Notes: generated by a model from the sequence alone, not told the origin. A stretch of DNA of 64,000 nt from an uncultured delta proteobacterium (GCA_963802945.1 CAWDKY010000027.1:96001-160000), one strand, 5' to 3'; shown: positions 1 to 11,551, numbered from the stretch's first letter. Numbers and translations: made by a program.

Positions 1-278
1 AAGACCTCGAAGATCTGATCGGAGATCTCCTTGTAACGGGGCAGGCGCACCGGTAAAAAAACGCCCTGGGGACACAGGCGCATAGCAGCGGACATGGGCA
101 GGGCCGAATGAATCCCGAATTTTCGCGCCTCATAGGAAGCAGCCGAGACCACGCCTCTATGTTTAGGGCCGCCGACAATAACCGGTTTGCCCCTGAAAGC
201 CGGATTGTCCAGCATTTCTACCGAGGCATAAAAGGCATCCATGTCCAGATGGATGATCTGTTTAACGTGGGTTGCCAT
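1..278 (-). CDS. dinB: DNA polymerase IV (N-terminal part, runs off window start)
   Basis: Manual translation from ATG at 278: MATHVKQIIHLDMDAFYASVE...GVVSAASYEARKFGIHSA, Y-family polymerase motifs. Confidence 0.93.
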   Translation of the reverse strand, partial: MATHVKQIIHLDMDAFYASVEMLDNPAFRGKPVIVGGPKHRGVVSAASYEARKFGIHSALPMSAAMRLCPQGVFLPVRLPRYKEISDQIFEV

Positions 279-416
279 TAATAATAAAATAAAGTTCGAG
301 AGAGTCGTAAACCCTTTTTTGAGTTCGGAGTTTATAAATTAGGAAGCTGAGGAAATAGTATTTTCTTTTGAACTCCTAACTCATTTCTCAAAACTAAACT
401 GGCTCTGGGCTGATGT

Positions 417-1070
417 CTATTTTTTTTCACCAAGGGTTTGTAGTCTAAAATCTGAATTCCAAAACAGATCTTTTAGGGTCTTATCCAGGAGATTATTCAA
501 AATTTCCTGGCTTTGGGAAGAGAAATTGTCTGGCGTAAAAGGTATCCGCACCTCCCGATGGCCGATTTTTTTACTCCAGATAATATCTCCGGAAGGAGGC
601 CGTACCAGGTAAGCTTCTATTTCCACCTCGGCGATAAATCGGGCCTTTTGCTGAACGAAAAAGTGAGAAATAGCCCCTCCGACAAGAAAATCCGTTTGAA
701 TGTGGGGGACTCTTTTGAGCAAGGTTTTGATATCCTGTTTGTTGATTTGAATGGTATAGATTTCGTCGGAGCTGAGTTGATAGCCGTATGACGCCATCTC
801 TTTTTTCACTCCCTGGGTGACGATATAGGACAGACTGGTTGGGCTAAATAACCTCGTTCCGTAAAGGGGGGCCTGTCCTATCCAGTAAGGATTTTCCTGG
901 CCGTTCCAAGTGACGTTCTCAAAGGGTATGACCGCTAACTTGACTTGGCCTGTTGCGGACGGGGGAGTTTTGCTTGGCGAATATTGCAAGTCCAGGGTCT
1001 TGGTAGTTACACAGCCCCAAAAAAACAAAGGGAAGACGCCTATAAGGATAATCCTGAAACAATTCCTCAT
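417..1070 (-). CDS. Putative lipoprotein
   Basis: 217 aa ORF with hydrophobic N-terminus and lipobox-like FWGC. Confidence 0.6.
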   Translation of the reverse strand: MRNCFRIILIGVFPLFFWGCVTTKTLDLQYSPSKTPPSATGQVKLAVIPFENVTWNGQENPYWIGQAPLYGTRLFSPTSLSYIVTQGVKKEMASYGYQLSSDEIYTIQINKQDIKTLLKRVPHIQTDFLVGGAISHFFVQQKARFIAEVEIEAYLVRPPSGDIIWSKKIGHREVRIPFTPDNFSSQSQEILNNLLDKTLKDLFWNSDFRLQTLGEKK

Positions 1071-1304
1071 TTAGACCTCCTTGTCCTGACCTAATTTTTA
1101 TTAAGTTTAAGTTATTCATTTTTTTTTTGCAATACTATTTAATATAACTTAAGATATTGACAAGGTTTGGTCTTTCGTCTATGTTTTAATCAAGGTGAAA
1201 AAAGGGCCGTGGCTGGTGACCCCACCATGTGTCTTATGACTATCCCAAGTATTCCATATTGTTATCGTGATCCTTGATTCCATTATCCATTTAGGAGGTT
1301 TCTC

Positions 1305-2210
1305 ATGGCGATAAAAGATTTTTCCGGGTGCCATATTCCGTTGGTCACCCCATTTAAAGACGATTTCTCTTTAGATGAAGACGGCCTTCGCCGCCTGATC
1401 AATTACCTGATTGAAGAAGAAAAGGTTAATGGCTTGGTCCCTTGTGGAACCACCGGCGAATCCCCAACCCTTAACCACGATGAGCACAATAAGGTCATTG
1501 AAATTACCGTCAAAGAAGCTCGGGGCAGGGTTCCGGTGATTGCCGGGACCGGTTCCAACAGTACACAGGAAGCCATTATGATGACCCAACATGCCGAAGA
1601 GGTCGGGGCCGATGCTACCTTGCAGGTGGGACCTTATTATAATAAGCCGACTATGGATGGAATGCTGGCCCATTTTGAAGCCATTGCCAAAAAGACCAAG
1701 CTGCCTATCCTTATCTATAACATCCCGGGGCGAACGGGGCGGAACATTGATCCTCAAACCCTGATCAAACTTTCGGAAATAGATAATATTGTCGGGCTTA
1801 AAGATGCCTGCGGAGACCTAGCCCAGACCATGGAAGTTATCGCCGGAATCAAAAGGAAGGGGAAGACTTTTTTTGTCCTTTCCGGGGAGGATTCTTTGAC
1901 CTATCCCTTAATGGCCCTGGGAGGAGACGGGGTTATCTGTGCCGTAGGTAATGTCATCGGCCGGGAATATACTTTGCTGTGCAAGCTGATGAAAGAAGGC
2001 AAGTGGCTCGAGGCCAGGGAGATTCACTATAAAACCCTCCCTCTGGTCAATACGCTATTTATTGAAACCAATCCTGTTCCGGTGAAAGAAGCCCTGCAGA
2101 TGATGGGGCTTCCGGCAGGACCGCTGCGACTCCCTCTGGTTCCCCTGCGCCCGGCCAATAGGGAACGGCTACGAAAAGAACTCATTGCCGTTGGACGGTT
2201 AAAAAAATAG
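1305..2210 (+). CDS. dapA: 4-hydroxy-tetrahydrodipicolinate synthase
   Basis: GTTGES, PYYNKP, YNIPGRT, GLKDA, ETNPVPVK motifs; RBS AGGAGG. Confidence 0.95.
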   Translation: MAIKDFSGCHIPLVTPFKDDFSLDEDGLRRLINYLIEEEKVNGLVPCGTTGESPTLNHDEHNKVIEITVKEARGRVPVIAGTGSNSTQEAIMMTQHAEEVGADATLQVGPYYNKPTMDGMLAHFEAIAKKTKLPILIYNIPGRTGRNIDPQTLIKLSEIDNIVGLKDACGDLAQTMEVIAGIKRKGKTFFVLSGEDSLTYPLMALGGDGVICAVGNVIGREYTLLCKLMKEGKWLEAREIHYKTLPLVNTLFIETNPVPVKEALQMMGLPAGPLRLPLVPLRPANRERLRKELIAVGRLKK

Positions 2211-2395
2211 GCAATAGCTATAAAGTTCAAGGTTGGCTGAATGGGGACCAAGAAAAACCTTGAACCGTAGTCCTTACACCCTCAATATGGTGTGTAACCA
2301 AATCCTTTAAACATCCTGCCTGCTATCTCGAAAATCTCCAATGGCCGAGAGAGAAGGTTGGAAATAGATATTAAATCGGGAGAATAAAGAGGCTT

Positions 2396-3319
2396 ATGGA
2401 AAAAGAAAAAAAAATCTGGTTTGACGGGAAATTTGTTCCCTGGGAAAAAGCTCAAGTTCATATCCTGACCCACACCCTTCATTACGGTCTGGGGGTCTTT
2501 GAAGGCATTCGCTGTTATCAGTGTACAGACGGACGATCGGCTATCTTCAGGCTTCAGGAACACGTGAAAAGGCTTTTCAACTCGGCCCATGCCATGGAAA
2601 TCACTATTCCGTTCTCTCAAAAAGAAGTTGAGGAGGCTTGTTGCCGGATTTTGAAAGTTAATGGGATGAAGGATGGGTATATCCGGCCCTTGGTTTTTAT
2701 AGGGGAAGGGGTTATGGGGGTCCATCCCAAGGATAACCCGATAAGGTTATCGATCATCGCCTGGAAATGGGGGGCTTACCTTGGAGACGAAGGGCTTCAA
2801 AAAGGGATCCGGGTCAAGGTGTCTTCCTATACCCGGCATCATGTTAATGTCATGATGACTAAAACCAAAACCTGCGGGAATTATGTCAATTCCATCCTGG
2901 CCAAAAGAGAGGTGACTCGGGATGGGTATGACGAAGCGATCATGCTGGATACCGAGGGATATGTTTCCGAAGCCAGCGGAGAAAATATTTTTCTGATCAA
3001 AAAGGGGCATATCCAAACCCCACCACTGACCTCGGTCCTGCCCGGGATTACCCGCGATTCAGTTCTGACCATCGCCCGGGATCAGGGTGTGAAGGTGATC
3101 GAAGAACGATTCACCCGGGATGAATTATATCAGGCTGACGAGGCCTTCTTTTCCGGCACTGCAGCCGAGATCACTCCCATTCGGGAAGTGGACAATCGCC
3201 GAATCGGCAAGGGCCGTCGAGGACCTGTTACCAAAAAAATACAAGATACTTTTTTCAAGGCGGTTAAAGGGGAAGATGACCGTTACCGGTCCTGGTTAAC
3301 CTACCTGAATCGATCTTAA
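2396..3319 (+). CDS. ilvE: Branched-chain amino acid aminotransferase
   Basis: LHYGLGVFEG, GNYVNS, EASGENIF, LPGITR, GTAAEITP. Confidence 0.95.
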   Translation: MEKEKKIWFDGKFVPWEKAQVHILTHTLHYGLGVFEGIRCYQCTDGRSAIFRLQEHVKRLFNSAHAMEITIPFSQKEVEEACCRILKVNGMKDGYIRPLVFIGEGVMGVHPKDNPIRLSIIAWKWGAYLGDEGLQKGIRVKVSSYTRHHVNVMMTKTKTCGNYVNSILAKREVTRDGYDEAIMLDTEGYVSEASGENIFLIKKGHIQTPPLTSVLPGITRDSVLTIARDQGVKVIEERFTRDELYQADEAFFSGTAAEITPIREVDNRRIGKGRRGPVTKKIQDTFFKAVKGEDDRYRSWLTYLNRS

Positions 3320-3489
3320 AGGATTTAAAGGAAGCCACAGACCGGTTTAATTCGGAGTAATTAGTTCGGAGTGTGGAGCAAAATCATATTACTCCGAACT
3401 CTGAACTCTAAGCTTGAGTTACAACACCCTCGAATCTTTGAATCCTAAAAGCTCCGGATCCTTATATTAAATAAAACGAGATTACCTCA

Positions 3490-4881
3490 ATGGATAGTGC
3501 GGTCAAACGAACCGTCTTAATTATCGCTTGTCTGAGTGCCTTTATCGTTCCTTTTATCGGCTCGTCGGTCAATATTGCCCTTCCGACAATCGAAAAAGAA
3601 TTTAAAATAGATGCAGTTACCTTGGGTTGGGTCCCCACCTCCTATCTTCTGGCCTCGGCCATGTTTCTTCTACCCTTCGGCCGGATTGCAGATATTTACG
3701 GCAGAAAGAAGATCTTTTTGGCAGGTACCGTCATATACACCCTCGGTTCTCTGTTCTCCGCCCTCTCCCTCTCCGCCCTGATGCTGATTGCCTGCTGTGT
3801 GATCCAAGGGATCGGCAGTGCCATGACCTTCGGAACCTCCATGGCCATTCTGACCTCTGTATTTCCCATTGAGGAACGAGGAAGGGCCATCGGAATAACC
3901 ACGGCCTCGGTTTACTCCGGTCTTTCTCTTGGACCTTTCCTGGGTGGCTTTTTAACTCAGCATTTAGGCTGGCGAAGCGTTTTTTATTTTAATATTCCCT
4001 TTGGGTTGATGGTCATCGTTCTCGTTTTATGGCAGCTCAAAGGAGAATGGGCTGAAGCCAGAGGCGAGCGTGTTGATTTGCCAGGATCCATCGTCTATGC
4101 CTTAACGCTTCTTCTGGTCATGTATGGTTTATCTCTCCTGCCCGCAGGATCAGGGATCGGATTGATCGGAGTTGGCGGAATAGGTGTCATTGGTTTTTTC
4201 TTTTTTGAAGCCCGCAACGGCAGCCCTATCTTGAATATTCAGATTTTCAGACACAACCCGGTGTTTACCTTCTCCAACCTGGCGGCCTTCATCCACTACA
4301 GCGCAACCTATGCCGTCACTTTTTTGATGAGCCTCTATCTGCAATATATCAAGGGGCTCAACGCTCAAAGTGCCGGGATGATTTTAATATCCCAACCCCT
4401 AATGATGGCCGCCTTTTCCCCCCTGGCCGGGCGGCTTTCAGACCGGATCGAGCCAAAGGTGATCGCTTCCCTCGGCATGGCCTGTACCTGTGCAGCTATA
4501 TTCCTGCTTTCGTTCATTGAAAATAAGACCGGCTTGCCTTATATTATTTTCACCCTCCTTTCCCTTGGTTTCGGTTTCGCCCTTTTCTCTTCGCCCAACA
4601 CGAATGCGGTCATGAGTTCGGTAAAAAAGCACGATTACGGGGTGGCCTCCGGAACTATAGGGACCATGCGACTGATCGGTCAAATGTTCAGCATGGGTAT
4701 GGCCATGATGATATTTTCCATGGTCATCGGAAAAGTCAGCATCACACCTTTTCTATATCCCCTTTTCCTTAGAAGTATGAAAATTGCTTTAGTCATCAAT
4801 GGATCGCTTTGTTTTCTCGGCATATTTTTGTCTTTGGCCAGAGGCAAGATTCAGCATCAGGATTTGGATAATCCATCCTGA
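3490..4881 (+). CDS. MFS transporter (DHA2/EmrB-like)
   Basis: Many hydrophobic helices; motif A GRIADIYGRK; WRSVFYFNIP. Confidence 0.9.
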   Translation: MDSAVKRTVLIIACLSAFIVPFIGSSVNIALPTIEKEFKIDAVTLGWVPTSYLLASAMFLLPFGRIADIYGRKKIFLAGTVIYTLGSLFSALSLSALMLIACCVIQGIGSAMTFGTSMAILTSVFPIEERGRAIGITTASVYSGLSLGPFLGGFLTQHLGWRSVFYFNIPFGLMVIVLVLWQLKGEWAEARGERVDLPGSIVYALTLLLVMYGLSLLPAGSGIGLIGVGGIGVIGFFFFEARNGSPILNIQIFRHNPVFTFSNLAAFIHYSATYAVTFLMSLYLQYIKGLNAQSAGMILISQPLMMAAFSPLAGRLSDRIEPKVIASLGMACTCAAIFLLSFIENKTGLPYIIFTLLSLGFGFALFSSPNTNAVMSSVKKHDYGVASGTIGTMRLIGQMFSMGMAMMIFSMVIGKVSITPFLYPLFLRSMKIALVINGSLCFLGIFLSLARGKIQHQDLDNPS

Positions 4882-5175
4882 AGTCCATCGACCTCGCCCT
4901 GGCAATACCACCCGGAAGAAGAGGTATCTGACTGATGAAACGTCCTTTTTCGACCTGAAGGTTGAGACCCCTTTGTCATCTTCAACGGATAAACACCGGC
5001 CCAGTAAGGGTGAGGTATGTATATCTAATTGAAAATAGTATGTATTTTATGTCATTCGATCAGAGAATAAGAAGACCGTCGCCTGTCCTTAAAAACCCAT
5101 CTGAAAAAAATCAACCAAAATCCTTTTGATTAAAAGGAGTTAGGAGTTAGCACTCTCTGCCTTTTATTTTTTTCC

Positions 5176-5227
5176 TTGACATACCATATATTGTATCTTA
5201 CCCTTTCCGACATACAAGATAAAGGAT
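5176..5227 (+). promoter_or_regulatory. nrdD promoter with tandem NrdR-box-like sites
   Basis: TTGACA at 5176-5181 overlaps ATACCATATATTGTAT (5181-5196); a weaker ATACAAGATAAAGGAT starts 31 bp later, directly upstream of nrdD. Confidence 0.6.
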
Positions 5228-5249
5228 CATAAAGGGAGGGGCAGAGATC

Positions 5250-7406
5250 ATGGGGAGTATTGTTGAGTTTCATCAGAACCAGAGTGCAGTGGAAGTCCAC
5301 GAAACCACAGATCTAGCCCTTTTTGTTCGAACTTCTAATGAAGACTTGGTCACCTGGAACCGTCAAAGGATCATTGATGCCCTGGTTCGTGAAACTTTTG
5401 TAGACCCAGATACCGCTGAGGCCATCAGCAAAGAAGTGGAGGAGTTCATCTTTTCCACCAAGATCTCCATGGTCACTGCGCCTTTAATCCGGGAACTGGT
5501 AGACTCCAAACTGATTGAACGCGGTTTGGAGAAGGCCAGGATAATGCATACCCGTCTGGGGGTGCCTCTTTATGATGTGGACCAGATGATCGTCCATCCC
5601 AACAAAGAAAATGCCAACGTACCCCACGGGCCGGAGGCCACCAACTTGACCCTGGCCGAAGGAATCAAAAAGGAATACGCCCTACTTAGTGTTTTCTCTC
5701 CACAGGTCGGTGATGCACACATGAGAGGGGATATCCATCTCCACGATCTGGGTTTTATTGACCGGCCCTACTGCTCCGGACAATCACTGGAATACATTAA
5801 AAAATTTGGCTTAAATATGCCCAATGCCCTGTCTATGGCCAAACCGGCCAAACACCCAGAGGTCTTGCTGGCCCATATGGTCAAGTTTGCAGCGGCCCTT
5901 CAAAGCCATTTTGCCGGGGCTATCGGCTGGGATGCGGTCAATCTCTTTTTCGCCCCTTATCTGGAAGGCTTGTCGGACCGGGAGATCAAACAACTGGCCC
6001 AGATGATGATATTTGAGTTCTCTCAACAGGCCGTGGCCAGGGGAGGGCAAGCCATTTTTACAGACATCAATCTTTACTGGGAAGTCCCACAACATTTTGA
6101 AGGGGTGCAGGCCATCGGCCCTGGCGGGGAATATACGGGTAAAACCTATCTGGATTATTTGCCCTTGGCCCAAAAATTTGTCTGGCTTTTATTTGAAGTC
6201 TACAAAGAGGGGGATGGGGCCGACCGACCCTTCTTTTTCCCCAAACCCTTGGTTCACATAACTGAGAAATTTTTCAGGACCCCCGGCCACCAAGAATTTT
6301 TAGATCATATCTGCGAAGTGGCCAGCCTGAAAGGGAACACCTATTTTGTTTTTGATCGGGGGCAGACTGCCAAGATTTCCGAATGTTGCCGCTTAAGCTT
6401 TAAACTCGAGGCTCAGGATTTACTTGACGCCCATGAGCCTTGGAAAATGCGTTATTGTGCCCTGCAAAATGTGACTATCAATTTCCCTCGTCTGGCTTAC
6501 CAGGCCGAGGGAAATGATAGCGCCCTTTTTTCCAAATTAGCGGAAAGTGTGGAGCTGGCCGTGGAAGCCCATTTGCAGAAAAGTGCCTTTATCCTCAAAC
6601 TTCTCTCCCTCGGAGAAAAGGGCCCATTGTCTTTACTGACCATGGACCGGGATGGTTCGCCCTATTTGCGCCTGGAGCGGGCAACTTATTTGATCGGTAT
6701 GGTGGGATTAAATGAGCTGGTTCAGTATCATACAGGAGAAGAACTCCATCAATCTCAAAAAGCAACAAAATTCGGACTCAAGGTTATTGCCTATATGAAA
6801 CTTTTAGCCGACCGGTTCGGCCAAAAATACGGCATGCGTTTTGTCCTGGAACAGACTCCGGCTGAAAGCACGGCTTATCGTTTCGCCAAACTGGATCTTC
6901 AAAAATATCCAGAGCAGGCGGAAAAGGTAGTTAAGGGAAATAAGGCCCACGGAGAAGTCTATTATACCAATTCAACCCTTTTTAATGTTTCGATTCCAAT
7001 GAACCCGGCTGATCGGGTTCATCAGGAAGGTCTGTTCCATCCTTTAATTGAAGCTGGAGCCCTGACCCACATCTGGATCGGGGAATCCAAGCCCCACAAG
7101 GAATCTTTGACTAATTTTATTATTAAGACCTTCAAGCTGACCAAAAACGACCAGATCGCCTTTTCCCCGGAATTTACCACCTGCCGGGCCTGTGGTCAGA
7201 CCTCACGTGGTTTGTTGGAAAAATGTCCTTATTGTAAGTCCGCTGATGTCGATGGGATCACCCGTATCACCGGATATTTCACCAAAATCTCCAGTTGGAA
7301 TAAAGGAAAAATCGGTGAACTCAGAGACCGCTATCGAAACAGTTCATATTTCCCAGGACCAGGAGCAGACGCTTCGATCAAGGAAAAATCAACCAGCGAG
7401 ATTTGA
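5250..7406 (+). CDS. nrdD: Anaerobic (class III) ribonucleoside-triphosphate reductase with ATP cone
   Basis: N-terminal ATP-cone-like region, IHLHDL, TPAEST, YYTNS, CxxC...CxxC, glycyl-radical loop RITGY, WNKGK. Confidence 0.95.
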   Translation: MGSIVEFHQNQSAVEVHETTDLALFVRTSNEDLVTWNRQRIIDALVRETFVDPDTAEAISKEVEEFIFSTKISMVTAPLIRELVDSKLIERGLEKARIMHTRLGVPLYDVDQMIVHPNKENANVPHGPEATNLTLAEGIKKEYALLSVFSPQVGDAHMRGDIHLHDLGFIDRPYCSGQSLEYIKKFGLNMPNALSMAKPAKHPEVLLAHMVKFAAALQSHFAGAIGWDAVNLFFAPYLEGLSDREIKQLAQMMIFEFSQQAVARGGQAIFTDINLYWEVPQHFEGVQAIGPGGEYTGKTYLDYLPLAQKFVWLLFEVYKEGDGADRPFFFPKPLVHITEKFFRTPGHQEFLDHICEVASLKGNTYFVFDRGQTAKISECCRLSFKLEAQDLLDAHEPWKMRYCALQNVTINFPRLAYQAEGNDSALFSKLAESVELAVEAHLQKSAFILKLLSLGEKGPLSLLTMDRDGSPYLRLERATYLIGMVGLNELVQYHTGEELHQSQKATKFGLKVIAYMKLLADRFGQKYGMRFVLEQTPAESTAYRFAKLDLQKYPEQAEKVVKGNKAHGEVYYTNSTLFNVSIPMNPADRVHQEGLFHPLIEAGALTHIWIGESKPHKESLTNFIIKTFKLTKNDQIAFSPEFTTCRACGQTSRGLLEKCPYCKSADVDGITRITGYFTKISSWNKGKIGELRDRYRNSSYFPGPGADASIKEKSTSEI

Positions 7407-7515
7407 AATTCTGAAATCCAGGAGCCCTTATCCCAGGTAACCCAGGCGCAATGGATGCATCCTGATGCATTTAACCAATAAAATGGAAAAATTTCACATT
7501 TAGGGGAGGTTAGCC

Positions 7516-7764
7516 ATGACTTTGTTTACCAAAGCGGATTGTCAGAAATGTCATTACATCAAAGACCATTTTAATCTTCCTTCCCTTGGAATTCAGGAGG
7601 AGGTCCTGGGAGAAGATAATCCCGAGGCCCTGGCCCATTTGGCCTGGCACGAGTTGATCGAAACGGCCCAAAAAGAATTACCTATCTTAATCCTGGATGA
7701 TAGCACGGCCGTTATTGGGGCCATTCCAATAAGAAGATATTTAAGCCATCAATATGGAAATTAA
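7516..7764 (+). CDS. Glutaredoxin/NrdH-like small redox protein
   Basis: LFTKADCQKC CxxC and LPIL cis-Pro motif; lies between nrdD and nrdG. Confidence 0.7.
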   Translation: MTLFTKADCQKCHYIKDHFNLPSLGIQEEVLGEDNPEALAHLAWHELIETAQKELPILILDDSTAVIGAIPIRRYLSHQYGN

Positions 7765-8371
7765 AGGTTTTATTGAAACCTCTTTTCTGGATTGGCCGGG
7801 GAAAATTTGTGCTGTCCTTTTCCTCCCTTCATGCAATCTGCGCTGTCCTTATTGTCATAACCAGGAGCTGGTTCTTCATCCGGAACGGTTATCCAACTAT
7901 CCCTGGGGATATGTCCAGCAAAGGCTAACGGCCTTACGAAGCTGGTTGGACGGGGTCTGCATCACCGGAGGCGAACCGACCCTCCATGCCGATTTGCCAG
8001 AACTGCTGGATCGGATCCATCATTTGGGATTGGGCATTAAATTAGATACCAATGGGACCCGTCCGGAGATGCTGGAATTTTTGATTTCCCAAAAATTGCT
8101 TGATTATCTGGCCATGGATATCAAAGGCCCATTAGATCAGGAATCCTACGGACGGTGTGCCGGTGTTCGGATTTCAATTCCCGAGATTAAAAAATCTATG
8201 GATTTCATTTTTTCCGGCCGGGTAGCTGGAGAATTCAGAACCACGGTCGTGCCCCAGTGGCATACCCCGCCGGTCCTGGCCCAAATGGCCCTGGAATTAA
8301 AACAGGCCCCGAAATGGACCCATCAGGAATTTAATCCGGCCCAGACGTTAAACCCCACTTTTTCTAATTAA
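7754..8371 (+). CDS. nrdG: Anaerobic RNR activating radical SAM protein
   Basis: [21 protein letters not shown]; operon context. Confidence 0.9.
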   Translation: MEIKGFIETSFLDWPGKICAVLFLPSCNLRCPYCHNQELVLHPERLSNYPWGYVQQRLTALRSWLDGVCITGGEPTLHADLPELLDRIHHLGLGIKLDTNGTRPEMLEFLISQKLLDYLAMDIKGPLDQESYGRCAGVRISIPEIKKSMDFIFSGRVAGEFRTTVVPQWHTPPVLAQMALELKQAPKWTHQEFNPAQTLNPTFSN

Positions 8372-10430
8372 AGTTATTTCCTTTTTCGATCTTAATCTTA
8401 TCTTTTTTTAAAAGGGCCAAGGCCTTTTCCACCACCTGGTCGGCCGTCAATCCGAATTTTTCAAATAAGACCTTGCCGGGGGCAGAGGCCCCGAAGTGAT
8501 CAAAACCGATAACTGCTCCCTGGTCTCCTACATAGGAATGCCATCCTATTGGGCTTCCGGCTTCTATGGCCAGCCGGGCCTTGATTTCCGGAGGTAATAC
8601 TTGGTCGCGATATTCCTTGGGTTGCCGCTTAAATAATTCCCAACTGGGCATACTGACCACCCACGAATGGATTCCCCTGGCTTTTAATTGTTCCATGGCC
8701 TCAAGGGCGATTGAAACCTCTGATCCCGTGGCTATTAAAATAAGCTCCTGCTTTGGACCTTCGCTTTTTTTCAATACGTAAGCCCCGTAGGACAGATGGT
8801 CGGCCGGGGCCATTTGGCTGCGATCTAGGGTGGGCAGATTTTGTCTGGTCAAGACAAGGGCCACAGGACTGCCTTTGATTGTCAAGGCCAAGCGCCAGGC
8901 CTCGGCCGTTTCATTGGCATCGGCTGGCCGGATGACGATCAAATTGGGTATGGCCCGCAGAGCGGCCAACTGCTCAATGGGTTGGTGGGTAGGGCCGTCT
9001 TCCCCCAGGCCGATGCTGTCGTGAGTAAAGACATAAATTACCTTTAAGCCCATCATGGCCGCCAGTCGAATCGGAGGCCGCATGTAATCGGAGAAAATCA
9101 GGAACGTCCCACCGTAAGGAATGATCCCGCCGTGTAAGGCCATACCGTTCATAATGGAACCCAGGCCGTGTTCACGGACACCGAATCGAATATTCCGTTG
9201 ATCGTAGGTCCCGGCTTGAAAATCTTTGGAGCCTTTGATTTCGGTTTTATTGGAAGGGGCTAGATCCGCAGAGCCGCCGATTAGATTCTGCACCTTGGCG
9301 GCCAGGGCATTGAGCACCGTTCCCGAGGCCGCCCGAGTGGCCGTCCCTTTGAGATCGACTGGAAAGACGGGGATTCCCTGGTCCCATCCCTCTGGCAGAT
9401 CTCCGGCTATGATCCGTTTATAGTCTTCAGCCAACTCAGGATAGGCTTTTTGGTAAAATGACAGTAAGGCCTCCCATTGCTTTTCTCTTTTTCCTCCGAC
9501 CTTAATGGCCTTCCGAAATAAATCCAGGGTCTTTGGGGGTACATAGAAGGCAGGCTCCAACGGCCAGCTTAAGTTTTCCTTGGTCAGTCTGACTTCTTCC
9601 GGTCCCAATGGTTCACCATGGGCACTGGCCTTGTTTTCTTTATTGGGGCTTCCACAGCCGATGCAGGTGCGAACAGCGATCAAGGAGGGACATTCGGTCT
9701 CGGCCTGGGCCTTGCGGATTGCTCTCTTAATGGCCTTAAGATCATTCCCATCCTCAATTTGTTGAACATGCCAGCCATAAGCCTTGAACCGGCCTATCCG
9801 GTTTTCCGTAAAGGTAATATCCGTACTGCCCTCGATGGAGATATGATTATCATCATATAAGTAAATCAACTTGCCCAGTTTCAGATGCCCGGCCAGGGAA
9901 GCGGCCTCGTGAGAAACTCCTTCCATCAGGTCCCCGTCGCTGACAATGGCATAGGTAAAATGATCCACGATGGGAAAATTCGGGCGATTAAACCGGGAGG
10001 CCAAAAACCGTTCGGCCATGGCCAGGCCCACTCCATTGGCAAACCCCTGACCAAGAGGTCCGGTGGTGGTTTCCACTCCGGGGGTATGGCCATATTCCGG
10101 ATGGCCCGGGGTTTTACTTCCCCACTGTCTGAAGGCCTTAAGGTCGTCCAGGGAAAGGTCATAACCGGTGAGATGAAGCAAACTGTAAAGCAGCATGGAG
10201 CCGTGACCGGCGGACAGGACAAACCGATCCCGATCAGGCCAAAGAGGATTTTTAGGGTTGTGTTTCAAAAACCGGGTCCAAAGGACATAAGCCATAGGGG
10301 CCGCGCCCATAGGCATGCCCGGATGACCGGAATTGGCTTTCTGGACCGCATCCACAGCGATCATGCGGATGGTGTTGATACACAAATCATCCAATGGATT
10401 GGATTGGGTGTGAGTCATTTCTTTCATCAA
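8364..10430 (-). CDS. tkt: Transketolase
   Basis: [33 protein letters not shown]. Confidence 0.97.
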   Translation of the reverse strand: MMKEMTHTQSNPLDDLCINTIRMIAVDAVQKANSGHPGMPMGAAPMAYVLWTRFLKHNPKNPLWPDRDRFVLSAGHGSMLLYSLLHLTGYDLSLDDLKAFRQWGSKTPGHPEYGHTPGVETTTGPLGQGFANGVGLAMAERFLASRFNRPNFPIVDHFTYAIVSDGDLMEGVSHEAASLAGHLKLGKLIYLYDDNHISIEGSTDITFTENRIGRFKAYGWHVQQIEDGNDLKAIKRAIRKAQAETECPSLIAVRTCIGCGSPNKENKASAHGEPLGPEEVRLTKENLSWPLEPAFYVPPKTLDLFRKAIKVGGKREKQWEALLSFYQKAYPELAEDYKRIIAGDLPEGWDQGIPVFPVDLKGTATRAASGTVLNALAAKVQNLIGGSADLAPSNKTEIKGSKDFQAGTYDQRNIRFGVREHGLGSIMNGMALHGGIIPYGGTFLIFSDYMRPPIRLAAMMGLKVIYVFTHDSIGLGEDGPTHQPIEQLAALRAIPNLIVIRPADANETAEAWRLALTIKGSPVALVLTRQNLPTLDRSQMAPADHLSYGAYVLKKSEGPKQELILIATGSEVSIALEAMEQLKARGIHSWVVSMPSWELFKRQPKEYRDQVLPPEIKARLAIEAGSPIGWHSYVGDQGAVIGFDHFGASAPGKVLFEKFGLTADQVVEKALALLKKDKIKIEKGNNFN

Positions 10431-10525
10431 GTCATCTCCAACTCATTAATGGGGAATAGTTATTAAAGCCAGCCCAATCTATTCCAAGAATGTTGGGTTG
10501 TAAACTAGTTTTTACACCACAATGT

Positions 10526-11110
10526 TTAGACATCTAAATTCCGGACCGCCGTAACACCTAAATCGAAGGCTTCTTTCAGGGCGGTAGGATGATTGGTAAT
10601 GGTCCCTTTCCCTTCTACGGCCCGATAGAAAAGTCCACCTTCATAACTTTTGTCCAGGGCATCGAAAAAATATCTGGCGGTGAGTTGAGCCCCTTCAAAC
10701 AGGTTCTTACCTTTGGTGGCTCCCACGGCAATCAGGTATCCCCGCCCATGGTCATACCTTCTGCTCTGTTTAGGGGGTTTTTTCAGCCTTCTTTTAGACC
10801 ACATGGCCTGGGAGCGATCAACCAGCATCTTGGCCTGGGCAGGCAGCCCGTAAAAAAATATCGGAGAAGATAAAAATATAATTTGGGAGTCCCAAAGAGA
10901 CGGGTAGATTTTGTCCATCTCATCCTGAATCACACATTCCCCGGTCTTATCACAGCCGCCGCATTCACGGCAGCCGGATATTTTCAGGTCCCGAACATAA
11001 ACCTTCCTGATTTTCGCCCCGGCCGCATTGGCCCCTTCCAGCACCTTGTCCAGAAGGAGATCGCTGTTTCCGTTTTTTCTCGGACTGCCGTAAATGCCCA
11101 GGACTTTCAT
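10526..11110 (-). CDS. Iron-sulfur flavoprotein / flavodoxin family protein
   Basis: GSPRKNGNS FMN loop; CRECGGC...C. Confidence 0.85.
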   Translation of the reverse strand: MKVLGIYGSPRKNGNSDLLLDKVLEGANAAGAKIRKVYVRDLKISGCRECGGCDKTGECVIQDEMDKIYPSLWDSQIIFLSSPIFFYGLPAQAKMLVDRSQAMWSKRRLKKPPKQSRRYDHGRGYLIAVGATKGKNLFEGAQLTARYFFDALDKSYEGGLFYRAVEGKGTITNHPTALKEAFDLGVTAVRNLDV

Positions 11111-11141
11111 CGGAGAGCCTCTTCTTACACCAAATGAGTTT

Positions 11142-11303
11142 TTATTTTAATCTTTGGTCAATTCCTTCGGACTCACACTCAGGAATGTAACAGGTCACAT
11201 TGACGAATTCACATTTTTGATTACAGGACGGACATTGGTCCGGGGGCGTTTCCGTTTTCAGGGAATATCCACAGTTACTGCATTTCCATTCGTTCTCGGC
11301 CAT
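11142..11303 (-). CDS. Small rubredoxin-like protein (53 aa, absent from ORF track)
   Basis: Manual translation MAENEWKCSNCGYSLKTETPPDQCPSCNQKCEFVNVTCYIPEC...; RBS AAGGAG. Confidence 0.8.
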   Translation of the reverse strand: MAENEWKCSNCGYSLKTETPPDQCPSCNQKCEFVNVTCYIPECESEGIDQRLK

Positions 11304-11356
11304 TGGTTTCATCTCCTTTAAATATGTTGGATTGAATCAAGGGGAAAAACCCCAAC

Positions 11357-11518
11357 CTATTCCTCCGGGGTAAATTGATCCTTGCCTACACCGCATAATG
11401 GACACAACCAGTCATCCGGAAGATCTTCAAAAGCCGTACCGGGAGCAATGCCATTATCCGGATCCCCTTCAGCCGGATCATAAACATATTCGCAAACATC
11501 ACAGACATATTTCTTCAC
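11357..11518 (-). CDS. Rubredoxin (53 aa, absent from ORF track)
   Basis: GTG start; [49 protein letters not shown]. Confidence 0.95.
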   Translation of the reverse strand: MKKYVCDVCEYVYDPAEGDPDNGIAPGTAFEDLPDDWLCPLCGVGKDQFTPEE

Positions 11519-11551
11519 GGTCTGCCGCCGTTCTTTTTAAACTATTTTTCC

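Noticed and set aside
4932-4965. Hammerhead ribozyme (CTGATGA)
   Set aside because: No GAAA after a closing stem II
5147-5155. CIRCE element (TTAGCACTC)
   Set aside because: Only one half-site, and no chaperone gene downstream
9885-10466. Long antisense ORFs (here and e.g. 15191-15772, 37260-37868, 59636-60217)
   Set aside because: Shadows of well-supported genes on the opposite strand, with no recognisable motifs
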